Assembly (NCBI GenBank): GCA_023253875.1
Contig: JALRFC010000001.1
Coordinates: 1 to 28,015, forward strand
DNA: 28,015 bases
Source: Candidatus Kapaibacterium sp.
GTDB taxonomy: Bacteria; Bacteroidota; Ignavibacteria; Kapaibacteriales; UBA961
Direction: 5' to 3'
Part shown: positions 1 to 8,445 of the stretch, piece after piece
Layout: each line of letters opens with the position of its first letter
Numbering within the stretch: the stretch's first letter is position 1
The notes under the pieces: generated by a model
What the model was told of the DNA's origin: nothing
Databases searched by the model: none
What the model saw: the letters and a program-made list of their open reading frames with translations, nothing else
Made by a program: the position numbers and the translations under genes

Positions 1-58
1 AAAACAAAGCAACGATGAGCGCTAAAGCTCCTAAAGCTAGTATCAATCCAACTGTCAT
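1..58 (-). CDS. Partial CDS (N-terminus only, runs off the left edge); hydrophobic membrane or signal segment
   Basis: ATG at 58-56 is the first start after an in-frame TAA. It translates as MTVGLILALGALALIVALF. Too short to assign a function. Confidence 0.4.
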   Translation of the reverse strand, partial: MTVGLILALGALALIVALF

Positions 59-262
59 ACAAAATGTCTTAATAATGGAACAAGTATGTACTAATTAATG
101 ATGATGTTCCCTTTGATTTGAATTCAATGAAGATTGAAAGAAAGGGCTTGCAAATATACGAAAGGCACTGCTTATCGAGGGTTTTTGATTGATAATATCA
201 TTGGTTTTTTTTCTCATTCATGGCTTTTTTTTGCAGTTCTTTTCCTTTTCAGAAAGAGTATG

Positions 263-270
263 TATTTTTG
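263..270 (+). promoter_or_regulatory. Bacteroidota-type -7 promoter element (TAnnTTTG) for tRNA-Val
   Basis: TATTTTTG ends 10 nt before the tRNA 5' end. No -33 TTTG at canonical spacing. Confidence 0.55.
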
Positions 271-280
271 CAGTCTATTT

Positions 281-354
<74 letters not shown>

Positions 355-358
355 CCCC

Positions 359-389
359 AAGCCAAATCTTTACTGATTTGGCTTTTTTT
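359..389 (+). terminator. Intrinsic terminator of tRNA-Val
   Basis: 10-bp stem AAGCCAAATC/GATTTGGCTT, 6-nt loop, T run. Confidence 0.85.
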
Positions 390-395
390 GTCCCT

Positions 396-432
396 AAAAA
401 AGTAATAGCCCTCACAAAGTGAGAGCTATTAC
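396..432 (-). terminator. Intrinsic terminator on the minus strand (end of the TPR-LuxR transcript or its trailer)
   Basis: 14-bp stem (402-415/419-432). One pair is G-U on the minus strand but C-A on the plus strand. Followed by U6 on the minus strand (396-401). Confidence 0.8.
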
Positions 433-584
433 CGTATCCTGACCCCTGATAGCCAATAGTAAAGATCATCTCGAGATGCAGAATATACCCTATTCCAATC
501 ACAATGATCTAATGGCAACTTACAGGGATAATCACTCGATCCTACCCCATAAAAACCCTATATTTTTCTATGCTTTAAAAAATA

Positions 585-2123
585 TTAGATAGATACGATA
601 TAAGATGAAAGTGATTCTTTTGCTTTGAGTCCACATTTTTTCCGTATACGCATACGATGATTTTCTATACTCTTTACTGTAACACCACATAATGTGGCAA
701 TAGAATGAGTGGCCATACCAAGTTTGATCAATTTTGCGATTTTTAACTCCATTGCTGTAATATTCGGCAATATTTTTAGGATCGATTGAGAAAATTTCGG
801 ATGACTATTATCACATTCCATTAAGTAAGATTCTATGGCGGGTTGTTTGCTTTTCCCTTTTCTAATGATATTATGTAATTGATTTAGAAACAATCCACTC
901 CCATATGCATGTTGAGATTTCTTCTCAATTAATAGCTCGATATCGGATAATATTATTTGCAGTTCACTATTCCTTCGCTTCAGCATTTCATGTTCTTTTC
1001 TTAAATTCACTACCTCATCAATCATTGAATCAGTGAAAGATGGTTTTCCTTGTTGCATCATTTTTTGTTTTTCGACCATAGTAAGATGTTCAAGCTTTTT
1101 CACATATACATCAACTTTAGTTCTATGCAAGCTCTCCTCTACTTTTGACTGAAGCAACATAAACTCAACACAAGGTTTCCACTTCTCAAATGATTTACAA
1201 GCATTCCACATGCTATTATACAGTGCTCCCTCTAACCTTGGAATATTAATCTCTTTTGAAATCTCAACCGCTCGCTCAAAATGCTCCATCGATAAATTGA
1301 AATCTCTTAAAGGATTGTGTTCTTTCCAATAAAATTCCCCCAATTCTTTATAAAACTCGGCAATTCTTAATGTGTGCGCAGTACCTTCATAAAACTCTAA
1401 TCCTTCTAACAATATTTCTAGTGCTTTATTCCAATCATTAAGTGAAATAGCTATGTCTTGCCTACGCATAAATAAAGCACCTTTGTCAAAGTCAACTTGA
1501 TATTCCTCCCAGCTTATTTCCGCCAAATCCAAATGCTCTTTGGACTTCACAGGATCTTTCAAAAAGATATAATTTCTTGATACATTGACATGCGATTTAA
1601 ATCGTAGCTCTGCGGTTGCTTCAGAGAAAACACTCATGGATTGAGCCTGCAAGATAGCTTGATTAGATTTTTCATAGTCTGCAAAAAAATAGTAGACACC
1701 TCCCTTCTGAAATAGCGATTCACAAAGAATCATTTTATCAACACTGGGATGCTTTTGCGCAATTGTTTCCACTTCTATTAATGCTTCTAGAGCTTCGGAA
1801 AAATACTTGTAGGTTTGTTTGTAATGACTACCCAACAACAGAAGTGCTCTTGCTCTTATGTCATGATACTTGTATCGTACAAATTTTTTGCAATGTCGAG
1901 TAATTCTCTCAAGCATTTCTTCAACAGACATATCTTGTCTATTCAGATATGTATCAATAAAACCCAGTAGTTCCTCCTGGATATGTATTGATTCATTGAA
2001 AGTGTTTAGTTTTATCTCCTTTGCTATATCCAATAGCCGATTCTCATCATTCTCACGAATAGACTTGATAATTTCGATTGATAGATTCTTAAATTTCTGT
2101 GGCTTTTTTACTTTTATTTTCAT
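585..2123 (-). CDS. TPR-repeat protein with coiled coil and C-terminal LuxR-type HTH (paralog A)
   Basis: 512-aa ORF. TPR-like helical repeats (e.g. SLFQKGGVYYFFADYEKS, EFYKELGEFY..LSMEHFERAVEI). C-terminus ITAMELKIAKLIKLGMATHSIATLCGVTVKSIENHRMRIRKK fits the LuxR/GerE HTH pattern. No signal peptide or TM helix seen. Confidence 0.85.
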   Translation of the reverse strand: MKIKVKKPQKFKNLSIEIIKSIRENDENRLLDIAKEIKLNTFNESIHIQEELLGFIDTYLNRQDMSVEEMLERITRHCKKFVRYKYHDIRARALLLLGSHYKQTYKYFSEALEALIEVETIAQKHPSVDKMILCESLFQKGGVYYFFADYEKSNQAILQAQSMSVFSEATAELRFKSHVNVSRNYIFLKDPVKSKEHLDLAEISWEEYQVDFDKGALFMRRQDIAISLNDWNKALEILLEGLEFYEGTAHTLRIAEFYKELGEFYWKEHNPLRDFNLSMEHFERAVEISKEINIPRLEGALYNSMWNACKSFEKWKPCVEFMLLQSKVEESLHRTKVDVYVKKLEHLTMVEKQKMMQQGKPSFTDSMIDEVVNLRKEHEMLKRRNSELQIILSDIELLIEKKSQHAYGSGLFLNQLHNIIRKGKSKQPAIESYLMECDNSHPKFSQSILKILPNITAMELKIAKLIKLGMATHSIATLCGVTVKSIENHRMRIRKKCGLKAKESLSSYIVSI

Positions 2124-2134
2124 TGAATGGATTA

Positions 2135-3688
2135 TTACTTAATTGAAACAATGAAAGTTGATAATGATTGTTCTGAATGTAAATTGCTTTTTTTTCTCAA
2201 TCGAGTTCGATGATTTTCGATACTCTTTACAGTGACACCACATAATGTGGCAATAGTTTGAGTGGTCAAACCAAGTCTAATCAATTTTGCGATTTTTAAT
2301 TCCATTGCTGTAATGTTTGGTAGCAACTTGACAATCGCCCGAGAAAACTCCGGGTGTGTATTTTCGCACTCAATTAAATATGTTTCTATACCAGGATGAT
2401 TGCTTTTTCCTTTTTGTACAATCTCAAACAAAAGTTCCAAAAACACTGCTTTCTCATTAGCAATATTTGGTTTCTTTTCAATTAGAAGTTCAATATTGGT
2501 CATCACTCTTTGTAATTCACTATTTTGATATCTGAGAGATTCATTTACTTTCCTAAGTGACATTACTTCATCAATGATTAATTCCGAATATGATGGCTTG
2601 CCTTCTTGCATCATTTTTTGCTTTTCAAGCATTGACAAATGTTCGATTTTTTTTACATAAATATCAATCTCATCTCGATGCAAGCTTTCTCCAACTTGAG
2701 AGTTTAGAGCTAGGTAATGAGTGCATAGTTTCCATTCTTCAAATTCTTTACAAGTATTCCACATACTATTATAGAGTGCACCCTCCAACCTAGGAATATT
2801 AAGTTCCTTTGAAAGCACTACAGCTTTTTCAAAGTACTCCATTGACAGTTTAAAATTTCTCAGAGGATTTTCTTCCTTACGATAAAATTCACCCAACTCT
2901 TTGAGAAATTCAGCAGTTCTTAATGTAAATGTCGTCTCACTATAAAATTGCAAGCCCTCTTGCAATATGATCAACGCTCCCTCCCAGTCATCTTCCACTG
3001 TTTTCAAATCTGCTTTTCGTACAAACAAAGCCGCCTTATCATATATACCTCGATATTCTTCCCAACTTTTCTCTGCTAAGTCTAAGTGCCTTCTTGCCGC
3101 AGAAGGATCTTTCAGAAAGAAATAATTTCGAGCTACATTTATATGTGACTTAAACTGCAACTCCGGTGTTGCTTTGGAAAAGACATTCAGTGCTTGTGCT
3201 TGTACAATGGACTGAGTGGATTTCTCATAATCTCCTAAAAAATAATAGACTCCCCCTTTCTCGAATAATGTTTCACACAATATCATGGACTCCATTCCCA
3301 AGTATTGTTGCGCTATCACTTCAACTTCTGTAAATGCTTTCAATGCTTCAGGAAAATGTTTGTAAGTATGTTTATAATGACTCCCAAGCAACATTGTTGC
3401 TCTTGCTCTGATTTCATGATATCTGTACCGTGCAAAGATTTTACAGTGTCTGTCAATTCTCTCGTGCATTTCCTCAGCAGAATATTTCCTTCGTTCAAGA
3501 AATGTTTCAATAAATCCTAATAGTTCTTTTCGAATAGGACCTTTGTTCATTGTTGATACATTGTTGATTTTTTCGGCAATCGCAGGTAATTCAGCTCCTT
3601 GATCATTTCTAATTGAATTGATGATCTCAATCGAAAGATCTTTCAATGTTGCAGATTTCCCTTTATGTTTATTTTCTGGATCATTCAT
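2135..3688 (-). CDS. TPR-repeat protein with coiled coil and C-terminal LuxR-type HTH (paralog B)
   Basis: 517-aa ORF, collinear with paralog A over its whole length (roughly 55% identical by eye), 11-nt gap to A. Same HTH motif (GVTVKSIENHRTRLRKK). Confidence 0.85.
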   Translation of the reverse strand: MNDPENKHKGKSATLKDLSIEIINSIRNDQGAELPAIAEKINNVSTMNKGPIRKELLGFIETFLERRKYSAEEMHERIDRHCKIFARYRYHEIRARATMLLGSHYKHTYKHFPEALKAFTEVEVIAQQYLGMESMILCETLFEKGGVYYFLGDYEKSTQSIVQAQALNVFSKATPELQFKSHINVARNYFFLKDPSAARRHLDLAEKSWEEYRGIYDKAALFVRKADLKTVEDDWEGALIILQEGLQFYSETTFTLRTAEFLKELGEFYRKEENPLRNFKLSMEYFEKAVVLSKELNIPRLEGALYNSMWNTCKEFEEWKLCTHYLALNSQVGESLHRDEIDIYVKKIEHLSMLEKQKMMQEGKPSYSELIIDEVMSLRKVNESLRYQNSELQRVMTNIELLIEKKPNIANEKAVFLELLFEIVQKGKSNHPGIETYLIECENTHPEFSRAIVKLLPNITAMELKIAKLIRLGLTTQTIATLCGVTVKSIENHRTRLRKKSNLHSEQSLSTFIVSIK

Positions 3689-3771
3689 GGTTCACCCGGA
3701 TTCATTACCTAGATGTGAAAGACTGAAAAGATGAGTCTTGGTATTTATCTTTTCAAATATTCGGTTCATTA

Positions 3772-4641
3772 TTGTTTAAATTTACCATAACAATATCGGA
3801 AATTATCGTGAATTCATGTCCACTTTGTCTTGCCACTTCACACATTGAAAAACAGTATGGTAATACTACATTGTTTTATTGTATCTCATGCGATGTACAT
3901 GTATTGTCTCAGCAACCCTCACAAACGCATTTGGATGCGTACTACTCCTCTTCCTATGCAATGAGTGCAAATGAAGTGTTTGCATCAGAGCATCGTCGAT
4001 TATTCAGATTGCCAGAACAATATTGGCTCATTTCTGAGTTACAAAATCATGGTATAAGGTCCGGTGATACAATTCTGGACATAGGTTGCGATAAAGGATA
4101 TTTTCTGGATCAATGTAGAAGATTTGGTTATTCCGTATTTGGTGTAGAACCTTCGCAGCAAGCCAGGGATTATTGCGCATCTATTGGTTTGAACATTGCT
4201 CAGGACATACATGAAATTAAGGGAGAATTCAATGCAATCACACTTTGGCATGTACTTGAACATTTTACTAATCCCAAAACACTACTTAAAACTTGTCATT
4301 CAAGATTAGGACAACAAGGTCACATATATATCAGAGTTCCTGACTTCTCATCCTTTTGGAGTAGATTGCTCCGCCAGTATTGGATCTGGTTTCAACCCCA
4401 AAATCATTATGTGCATTATTCCCCGGCATCACTTACAAGACTTGTTGAATCTCAAGGATTTGAGATTATTCAGTGTAGTAGTAGAAAACCAAATGATGGT
4501 ATAACATATAGAGCGGGGATCATGGCTGATCGTACATTGCAAACACATTTTTCGTTCAAACAATCATTGAAGAAGAGACTCGGTAGAATCTATGAACATA
4601 TAACAGGAGTCGAGATATATCTGATTGCTCGAAAACGATAA
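3772..4641 (+). CDS. Class I SAM-dependent methyltransferase with N-terminal CxxC..CxxC motif
   Basis: Motif I ILDIGCDKGYFL, AITLWHVLEH, and PQNHYVHYS. N-terminal CPLC and CISC. The start may be the GTG just before CPLC. Confidence 0.85.
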   Translation: MFKFTITISEIIVNSCPLCLATSHIEKQYGNTTLFYCISCDVHVLSQQPSQTHLDAYYSSSYAMSANEVFASEHRRLFRLPEQYWLISELQNHGIRSGDTILDIGCDKGYFLDQCRRFGYSVFGVEPSQQARDYCASIGLNIAQDIHEIKGEFNAITLWHVLEHFTNPKTLLKTCHSRLGQQGHIYIRVPDFSSFWSRLLRQYWIWFQPQNHYVHYSPASLTRLVESQGFEIIQCSSRKPNDGITYRAGIMADRTLQTHFSFKQSLKKRLGRIYEHITGVEIYLIARKR

Positions 4642-4671
4642 AAAAAAGCCTCTTCACATTGAAGAGGCTTT
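4641..4671. terminator. Bidirectional intrinsic terminator between convergent methyltransferase and citrate synthase
   Basis: AAAGCCTCTTC-ACATT-GAAGAGGCTTT with a flanking A run. Confidence 0.85.
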
Positions 4672-4676
4672 CTGAT

Positions 4677-5948
4677 TTACTTGATCATTCCGCGAAGTTC
4701 TGTGAGCGTCATTGACTTAGGACGCACAATTGGGGACCCCATCATGCGATGCACCAAAATCTGAGAACAAATTCCCATTGCGCGAGACACACCAAACATT
4801 ACGGTATAGAATTCAAATTCAGTCATACCATAATAATAGAGCAATGAGCCTGAAGCTGCATCAACATTTGGCCATGGATTCTTTGCCTTACCTTGCTCCT
4901 TCAATACTTCAGGAACGATGGCAAACAATTTCTTCATGAATTGTACATTGTCATCATTCAAGTCTTTCTCTTCAGCAAATTGATGGAATGCAGTAAAGCG
5001 AGGATCTGTCACGCGTAGAACTGCATGTCCATAACCTGGAATGACTTGTCCTGAACCCAAACGCTTGAAGCAATATTCACGCAATGCTTCATCTGTTGGA
5101 ACGCCACCAAATTCTTGACGAAGATCCATGATGAATCGCAAACATTCTTGATTTGCCAATCCATGCAATGGGCCTGCAAGACCATTCAATCCTGCACTCA
5201 CGGAATAGAACACATCGGAAAGTGCAGAACTAACAACATGCGATGTCATTGCGCTGACATTTCCACCTTCATGATCGCTGTGCAAAACAAGATATAATCT
5301 CACGAGATCTTCCCATGAGGCATCATTGCTAACACCGAGCATGTGCGCAAAATTTGCACTCCAATCCAAGCCTGCCTTCGGGGCAATCAAATCGCCTTTA
5401 CCGAAACGAATACGGTAAATACCGGCAGCGATTGTTGTTACTCCACCGAGCAATGTCACACAATCTTCAAGTGTGGCTTTCCACAATTCATCTTTTGAAG
5501 CACCTGCCTCATATGCTTTACGAAATGCTGAATCTTTTTCCAATGCCAAAATACCAATGCTCAACATGACCATTGGATGCGTATCTTGTGGCAATGCCTT
5601 CAATACATCCCATACTGAATCAGGAACATTTGCTTTTGCTGCAAATGCCGCACTGATCTCAGCTCTTTCCTCATCATTTGGCAAAACGCCGGTACAGAGT
5701 AAGAAGAAAATATCTTCGGGAGTTTGCTTTGTCAATTCCAAAATTGGGATATTTCTGATGCGAAGCCCTTCATCCGCAGACACGGAAGAAGTTTCACAAA
5801 GCAATGCGGGAACAGCTCTCATGCCACCGAGCACTTGCTCAATTGCAACAGTAGATATTTGTGTATCTCCATGTTCCTTGAGCAATGTTGTTCTCTCGGC
5901 ACGAAGCTGGGGAAGTTTCTCGTCGAGTCGAGCTTTGAACAAATCCAT
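4677..5948 (-). CDS. gltA: Citrate synthase, eukaryotic (mitochondrial-like) type
   Basis: Motifs GGMRA, LDWSANFAHMLG, HSDHEGGNVSA, GLAGPLHGLANQE, PGYGHAVLR.TDPR, NPWPNVDA, GVSRAMG, RPKS. ATG 5948 preferred over GTG 5957 (AGGTG SD-like motif upstream). Confidence 0.95.
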   Translation of the reverse strand: MDLFKARLDEKLPQLRAERTTLLKEHGDTQISTVAIEQVLGGMRAVPALLCETSSVSADEGLRIRNIPILELTKQTPEDIFFLLCTGVLPNDEERAEISAAFAAKANVPDSVWDVLKALPQDTHPMVMLSIGILALEKDSAFRKAYEAGASKDELWKATLEDCVTLLGGVTTIAAGIYRIRFGKGDLIAPKAGLDWSANFAHMLGVSNDASWEDLVRLYLVLHSDHEGGNVSAMTSHVVSSALSDVFYSVSAGLNGLAGPLHGLANQECLRFIMDLRQEFGGVPTDEALREYCFKRLGSGQVIPGYGHAVLRVTDPRFTAFHQFAEEKDLNDDNVQFMKKLFAIVPEVLKEQGKAKNPWPNVDAASGSLLYYYGMTEFEFYTVMFGVSRAMGICSQILVHRMMGSPIVRPKSMTLTELRGMIK

Positions 5949-6039
5949 TGAAATCACCTGAAATGTTATGTAATGAAAAGTCGAGTTGAAGTGCTATGCA
6001 AATTCGCCGTATTGGGCATTTTACTTGCATTTGCAGTCA

Positions 6040-6047
6040 CAAAGATA
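6040..6047 (-). promoter_or_regulatory. TAnnTTTG -7 element upstream of citrate synthase
   Basis: TATCTTTG on the minus strand in the intergenic region ~90 nt before the ATG. Confidence 0.5.
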
Positions 6048-6115
6048 CGATATGTGAATGATTTTTCATGAAGAAAATACCGAACAAATAGCCATAAATT
6101 GGCTAAAGACCATAC

Positions 6116-7273
6116 TCATTGCTTACCCGTATCATGTTTGATCTTTTGGTAAAATGCAATGATATCCCTTGCAAGTTCCGTCCAAGACAATTCTTTTTTG
6201 AGTGCTTGTACAGCTTCAATATATGCTGATGCCAAATTCCTGCTGAAAAAATCATTAATGCCCTTACCAATTTCACCTGCATCAGTACCATGTACAATCA
6301 TTCCTGCTCTACCATTTCTCAATGCTTCAGGCAAACCACCAACGGGAGTTGCAATCACGGGCGTCTCGAAATGATGTGCTATGGCTATGATTCCACTTTG
6401 TGTGGCTGTTTTATATGGTAATACGCATGCATCGGCAGAGCAGAAAAAGAGCGGAGTTTCTGAATCGGGAATATATCGCACATGCAAATGCACTCTATGT
6501 GCAATCTTCTGCGATTGGATCTTCGCTTCATATTCTTCAAATGAACCATAGATTTCCCCTGCAATCACAAGATGTATATCCTCCGGCAAATTCTTCATGG
6601 ATTCAATCAAATTCATAAGCCCCTTATACTCCCTGATAAATCCAAAGAAAAGGAGAATTTTGGCATTTTCCGGTAAATTCAGTCTTTTTCTTGCTTCTTG
6701 TTTGTCAATCGGCATACCAAAATGCGTATAGATTGGATGCTCTTTGCGTAATATCGGTTTGCCCAATTGCAATTTCTGCAGATCTTCTTCAACTGCATCG
6801 CTAATTGCAATAAGACCATCATGAGCGGAGAGCATATATGTTGTAAATGCTCTATCGCCGGGCCGGGCCTCATGTGGCAAAGCATTATGTACTACGCATA
6901 ACTTTATGCAATCTTTCTCCATTCTTCGTGCAATCGTCCCAAATGCCGGCCCCATGAATGGCATCCATAATTGAGTCAAGAGCATATCCGGAGATGTCTT
7001 TCGAATCTTTGAAGCGACTGATATCCAATTGAAAGGATTCATCGTGTCCAATACTCTCTCGGCGGGAATTGGATCTGCATTATCTTCTTCAGTCACAAAT
7101 TGCGAGCTTCCGGGAAATAGCATATCTGGATATTGCCTGGAGAATGTAAATGCCTTTTGATGATGTCCCAATTCCTCGAATGCTCGATATAATGCAGCAT
7201 TGAATTGTGCAATCCCACCTCGATATGGATAGAATACTGATACATAGGCTATATCAAGAGATTGTTCACTCAT
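6116..7273 (-). CDS. Glycosyltransferase family 4 (GT-B)
   Basis: PYRGGIAQF N-terminal motif, LLFFGFIREYKG, LPYKTATQSGI, ATPVGGLPE. ATG at 7273 overlaps the upstream stop (TGATG), so it is preferred over the ORF-track start 7369. Confidence 0.9.
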   Translation of the reverse strand: MSEQSLDIAYVSVFYPYRGGIAQFNAALYRAFEELGHHQKAFTFSRQYPDMLFPGSSQFVTEEDNADPIPAERVLDTMNPFNWISVASKIRKTSPDMLLTQLWMPFMGPAFGTIARRMEKDCIKLCVVHNALPHEARPGDRAFTTYMLSAHDGLIAISDAVEEDLQKLQLGKPILRKEHPIYTHFGMPIDKQEARKRLNLPENAKILLFFGFIREYKGLMNLIESMKNLPEDIHLVIAGEIYGSFEEYEAKIQSQKIAHRVHLHVRYIPDSETPLFFCSADACVLPYKTATQSGIIAIAHHFETPVIATPVGGLPEALRNGRAGMIVHGTDAGEIGKGINDFFSRNLASAYIEAVQALKKELSWTELARDIIAFYQKIKHDTGKQ

Positions 7274-8361
7274 CAGGCAATTTGTCTTTGAATTGCTTGC
7301 AATACAGTCTGTACAGAAATATCTTTCATACACTGAATCTCTCTCGTGCAATGCGCGCCATAATAGCAATCGCAGCCGGATTCAGGTTCTAGAATCTCTC
7401 CTTTCCCGAACAGATCAAATTCATGCTTGTTGAAGATATTATTGAAAAGTACCATGCTTTTTCCAAGTCCCAAGGCAATATGCATCGTCATGGATACGGC
7501 AGTTATGATCACATCACATTGCGCACAAATTGCAATGAATGTTTCAAGGGGAAATACACCTTCATAGATTGCATGTGTTTGAGTCCTGAGTCTTAAATTC
7601 CGTTCATGTTCATCTTGTCCACCAAGCAATAATGGAGCATAGCCAGCTTCTTGCAACAATAGTATGAGTTCTTTCCAATTCTCTTCCGGCCATAATCTTG
7701 TTGGCCAGCGCGAGCCGGCACCGGTATTGAGTCCTATGATTGGTTTACCTTGCGCAATGTCCTTAATCCGAGACCATTCATGCTGCAATTCTGGGTTTAC
7801 ATTCAACACATACGATTCATATTCATAATGAAATCCGCAGATCTCAAATATCTCTTCTACATAACTCTTGGTATTTGCCTTTGAATATGCATCGAATAAA
7901 CCAGTGAGCAATTTATGTTCAGATGCCGGATTCGCTATTGAGAGATGTCCATCTTTCCACAGGAAGCCACACTTCTCAATTGCATTACAATCTGAAAGCA
8001 ACATTGCAGCTTCTTGATCTTTACAGAGATTCACTGCAATATCAAAATGTTGCTTTGTTACGATGAACACATCAGAAAAAGTGAAGGTACGTATACAATC
8101 AAGTGCATGTTTAGGAAGGATTTCAGGATAATTGGTTATCCATGTGATATGACAATTCGGATACTCTTTTCTATAACGTTCAATAAGTGGTGTCGTACGA
8201 ATCACATCACCCAAAGCACCGAGTTTGATGATGAGAATTTTTTTTGAAACGGGAGTGTATTCACTACATGAATCACATACTTTTCCAGACTCCTTATTTG
8301 GTCTACATGGCATATCGCCTCGGAAATGTATGCAATCGAAATGCAAATCTTGTATTGTCAT
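7273..8361 (-). CDS. Glycosyltransferase family 9 (ADP-heptose:LPS heptosyltransferase-like) with Cys-rich N-terminal extension
   Basis: KILIIKLGALGDVIRTTP, IGLNTGAGSRWPTRLWP, AVSMTMHIALGLG, and C-terminal CDC..C..CMKDI. Confidence 0.9.
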   Translation of the reverse strand: MTIQDLHFDCIHFRGDMPCRPNKESGKVCDSCSEYTPVSKKILIIKLGALGDVIRTTPLIERYRKEYPNCHITWITNYPEILPKHALDCIRTFTFSDVFIVTKQHFDIAVNLCKDQEAAMLLSDCNAIEKCGFLWKDGHLSIANPASEHKLLTGLFDAYSKANTKSYVEEIFEICGFHYEYESYVLNVNPELQHEWSRIKDIAQGKPIIGLNTGAGSRWPTRLWPEENWKELILLLQEAGYAPLLLGGQDEHERNLRLRTQTHAIYEGVFPLETFIAICAQCDVIITAVSMTMHIALGLGKSMVLFNNIFNKHEFDLFGKGEILEPESGCDCYYGAHCTREIQCMKDISVQTVLQAIQRQIA

Positions 8362-8413
8362 CGTTTTGAATAGAAGAATGCTGTCATTCAGGAAAAGTGA
8401 TGGAGAATCATGC

Positions 8414-8421
8414 TATCTTTG
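8414..8421 (+). promoter_or_regulatory. TAnnTTTG -7 element upstream of GT4
   Basis: TATCTTTG(CA), 24 nt before ATG 8446. Confidence 0.6.
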
Positions 8422-8445
8422 CAGAATTCAATGAAAGTTATTGCC

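Noticed and set aside
433-530. 6S RNA assignment (CCCCTGATAGCCAATA resembles E. coli 6S CCCCUGAGCCGAUA)
   Set aside because: Too short, no clear central bubble, no plus-strand promoter or terminator. The similarity is a short chance-level match.
3772-4641. Methyltransferase as the N-methyl-bacillithiol enzyme NmbA
   Set aside because: No sequence feature I can tie to NmbA. It looks like the common CxxC-containing methyltransferases found near glycosyltransferase loci and is far from bshC.
5473-5961. Long antisense ORFs (also 18221-18703, 22424-22825, 22874-23314, 15470-15943 and similar)
   Set aside because: Antisense or alternate-frame shadows of well-supported genes, with no recognisable motifs.
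8238-8245. Homopolymer T/A runs in the GT9 gene and the TPR genes as phase-variation tracts
   Set aside because: The runs are about 8 nt, the frames are intact, and such runs are frequent throughout this AT-rich window.
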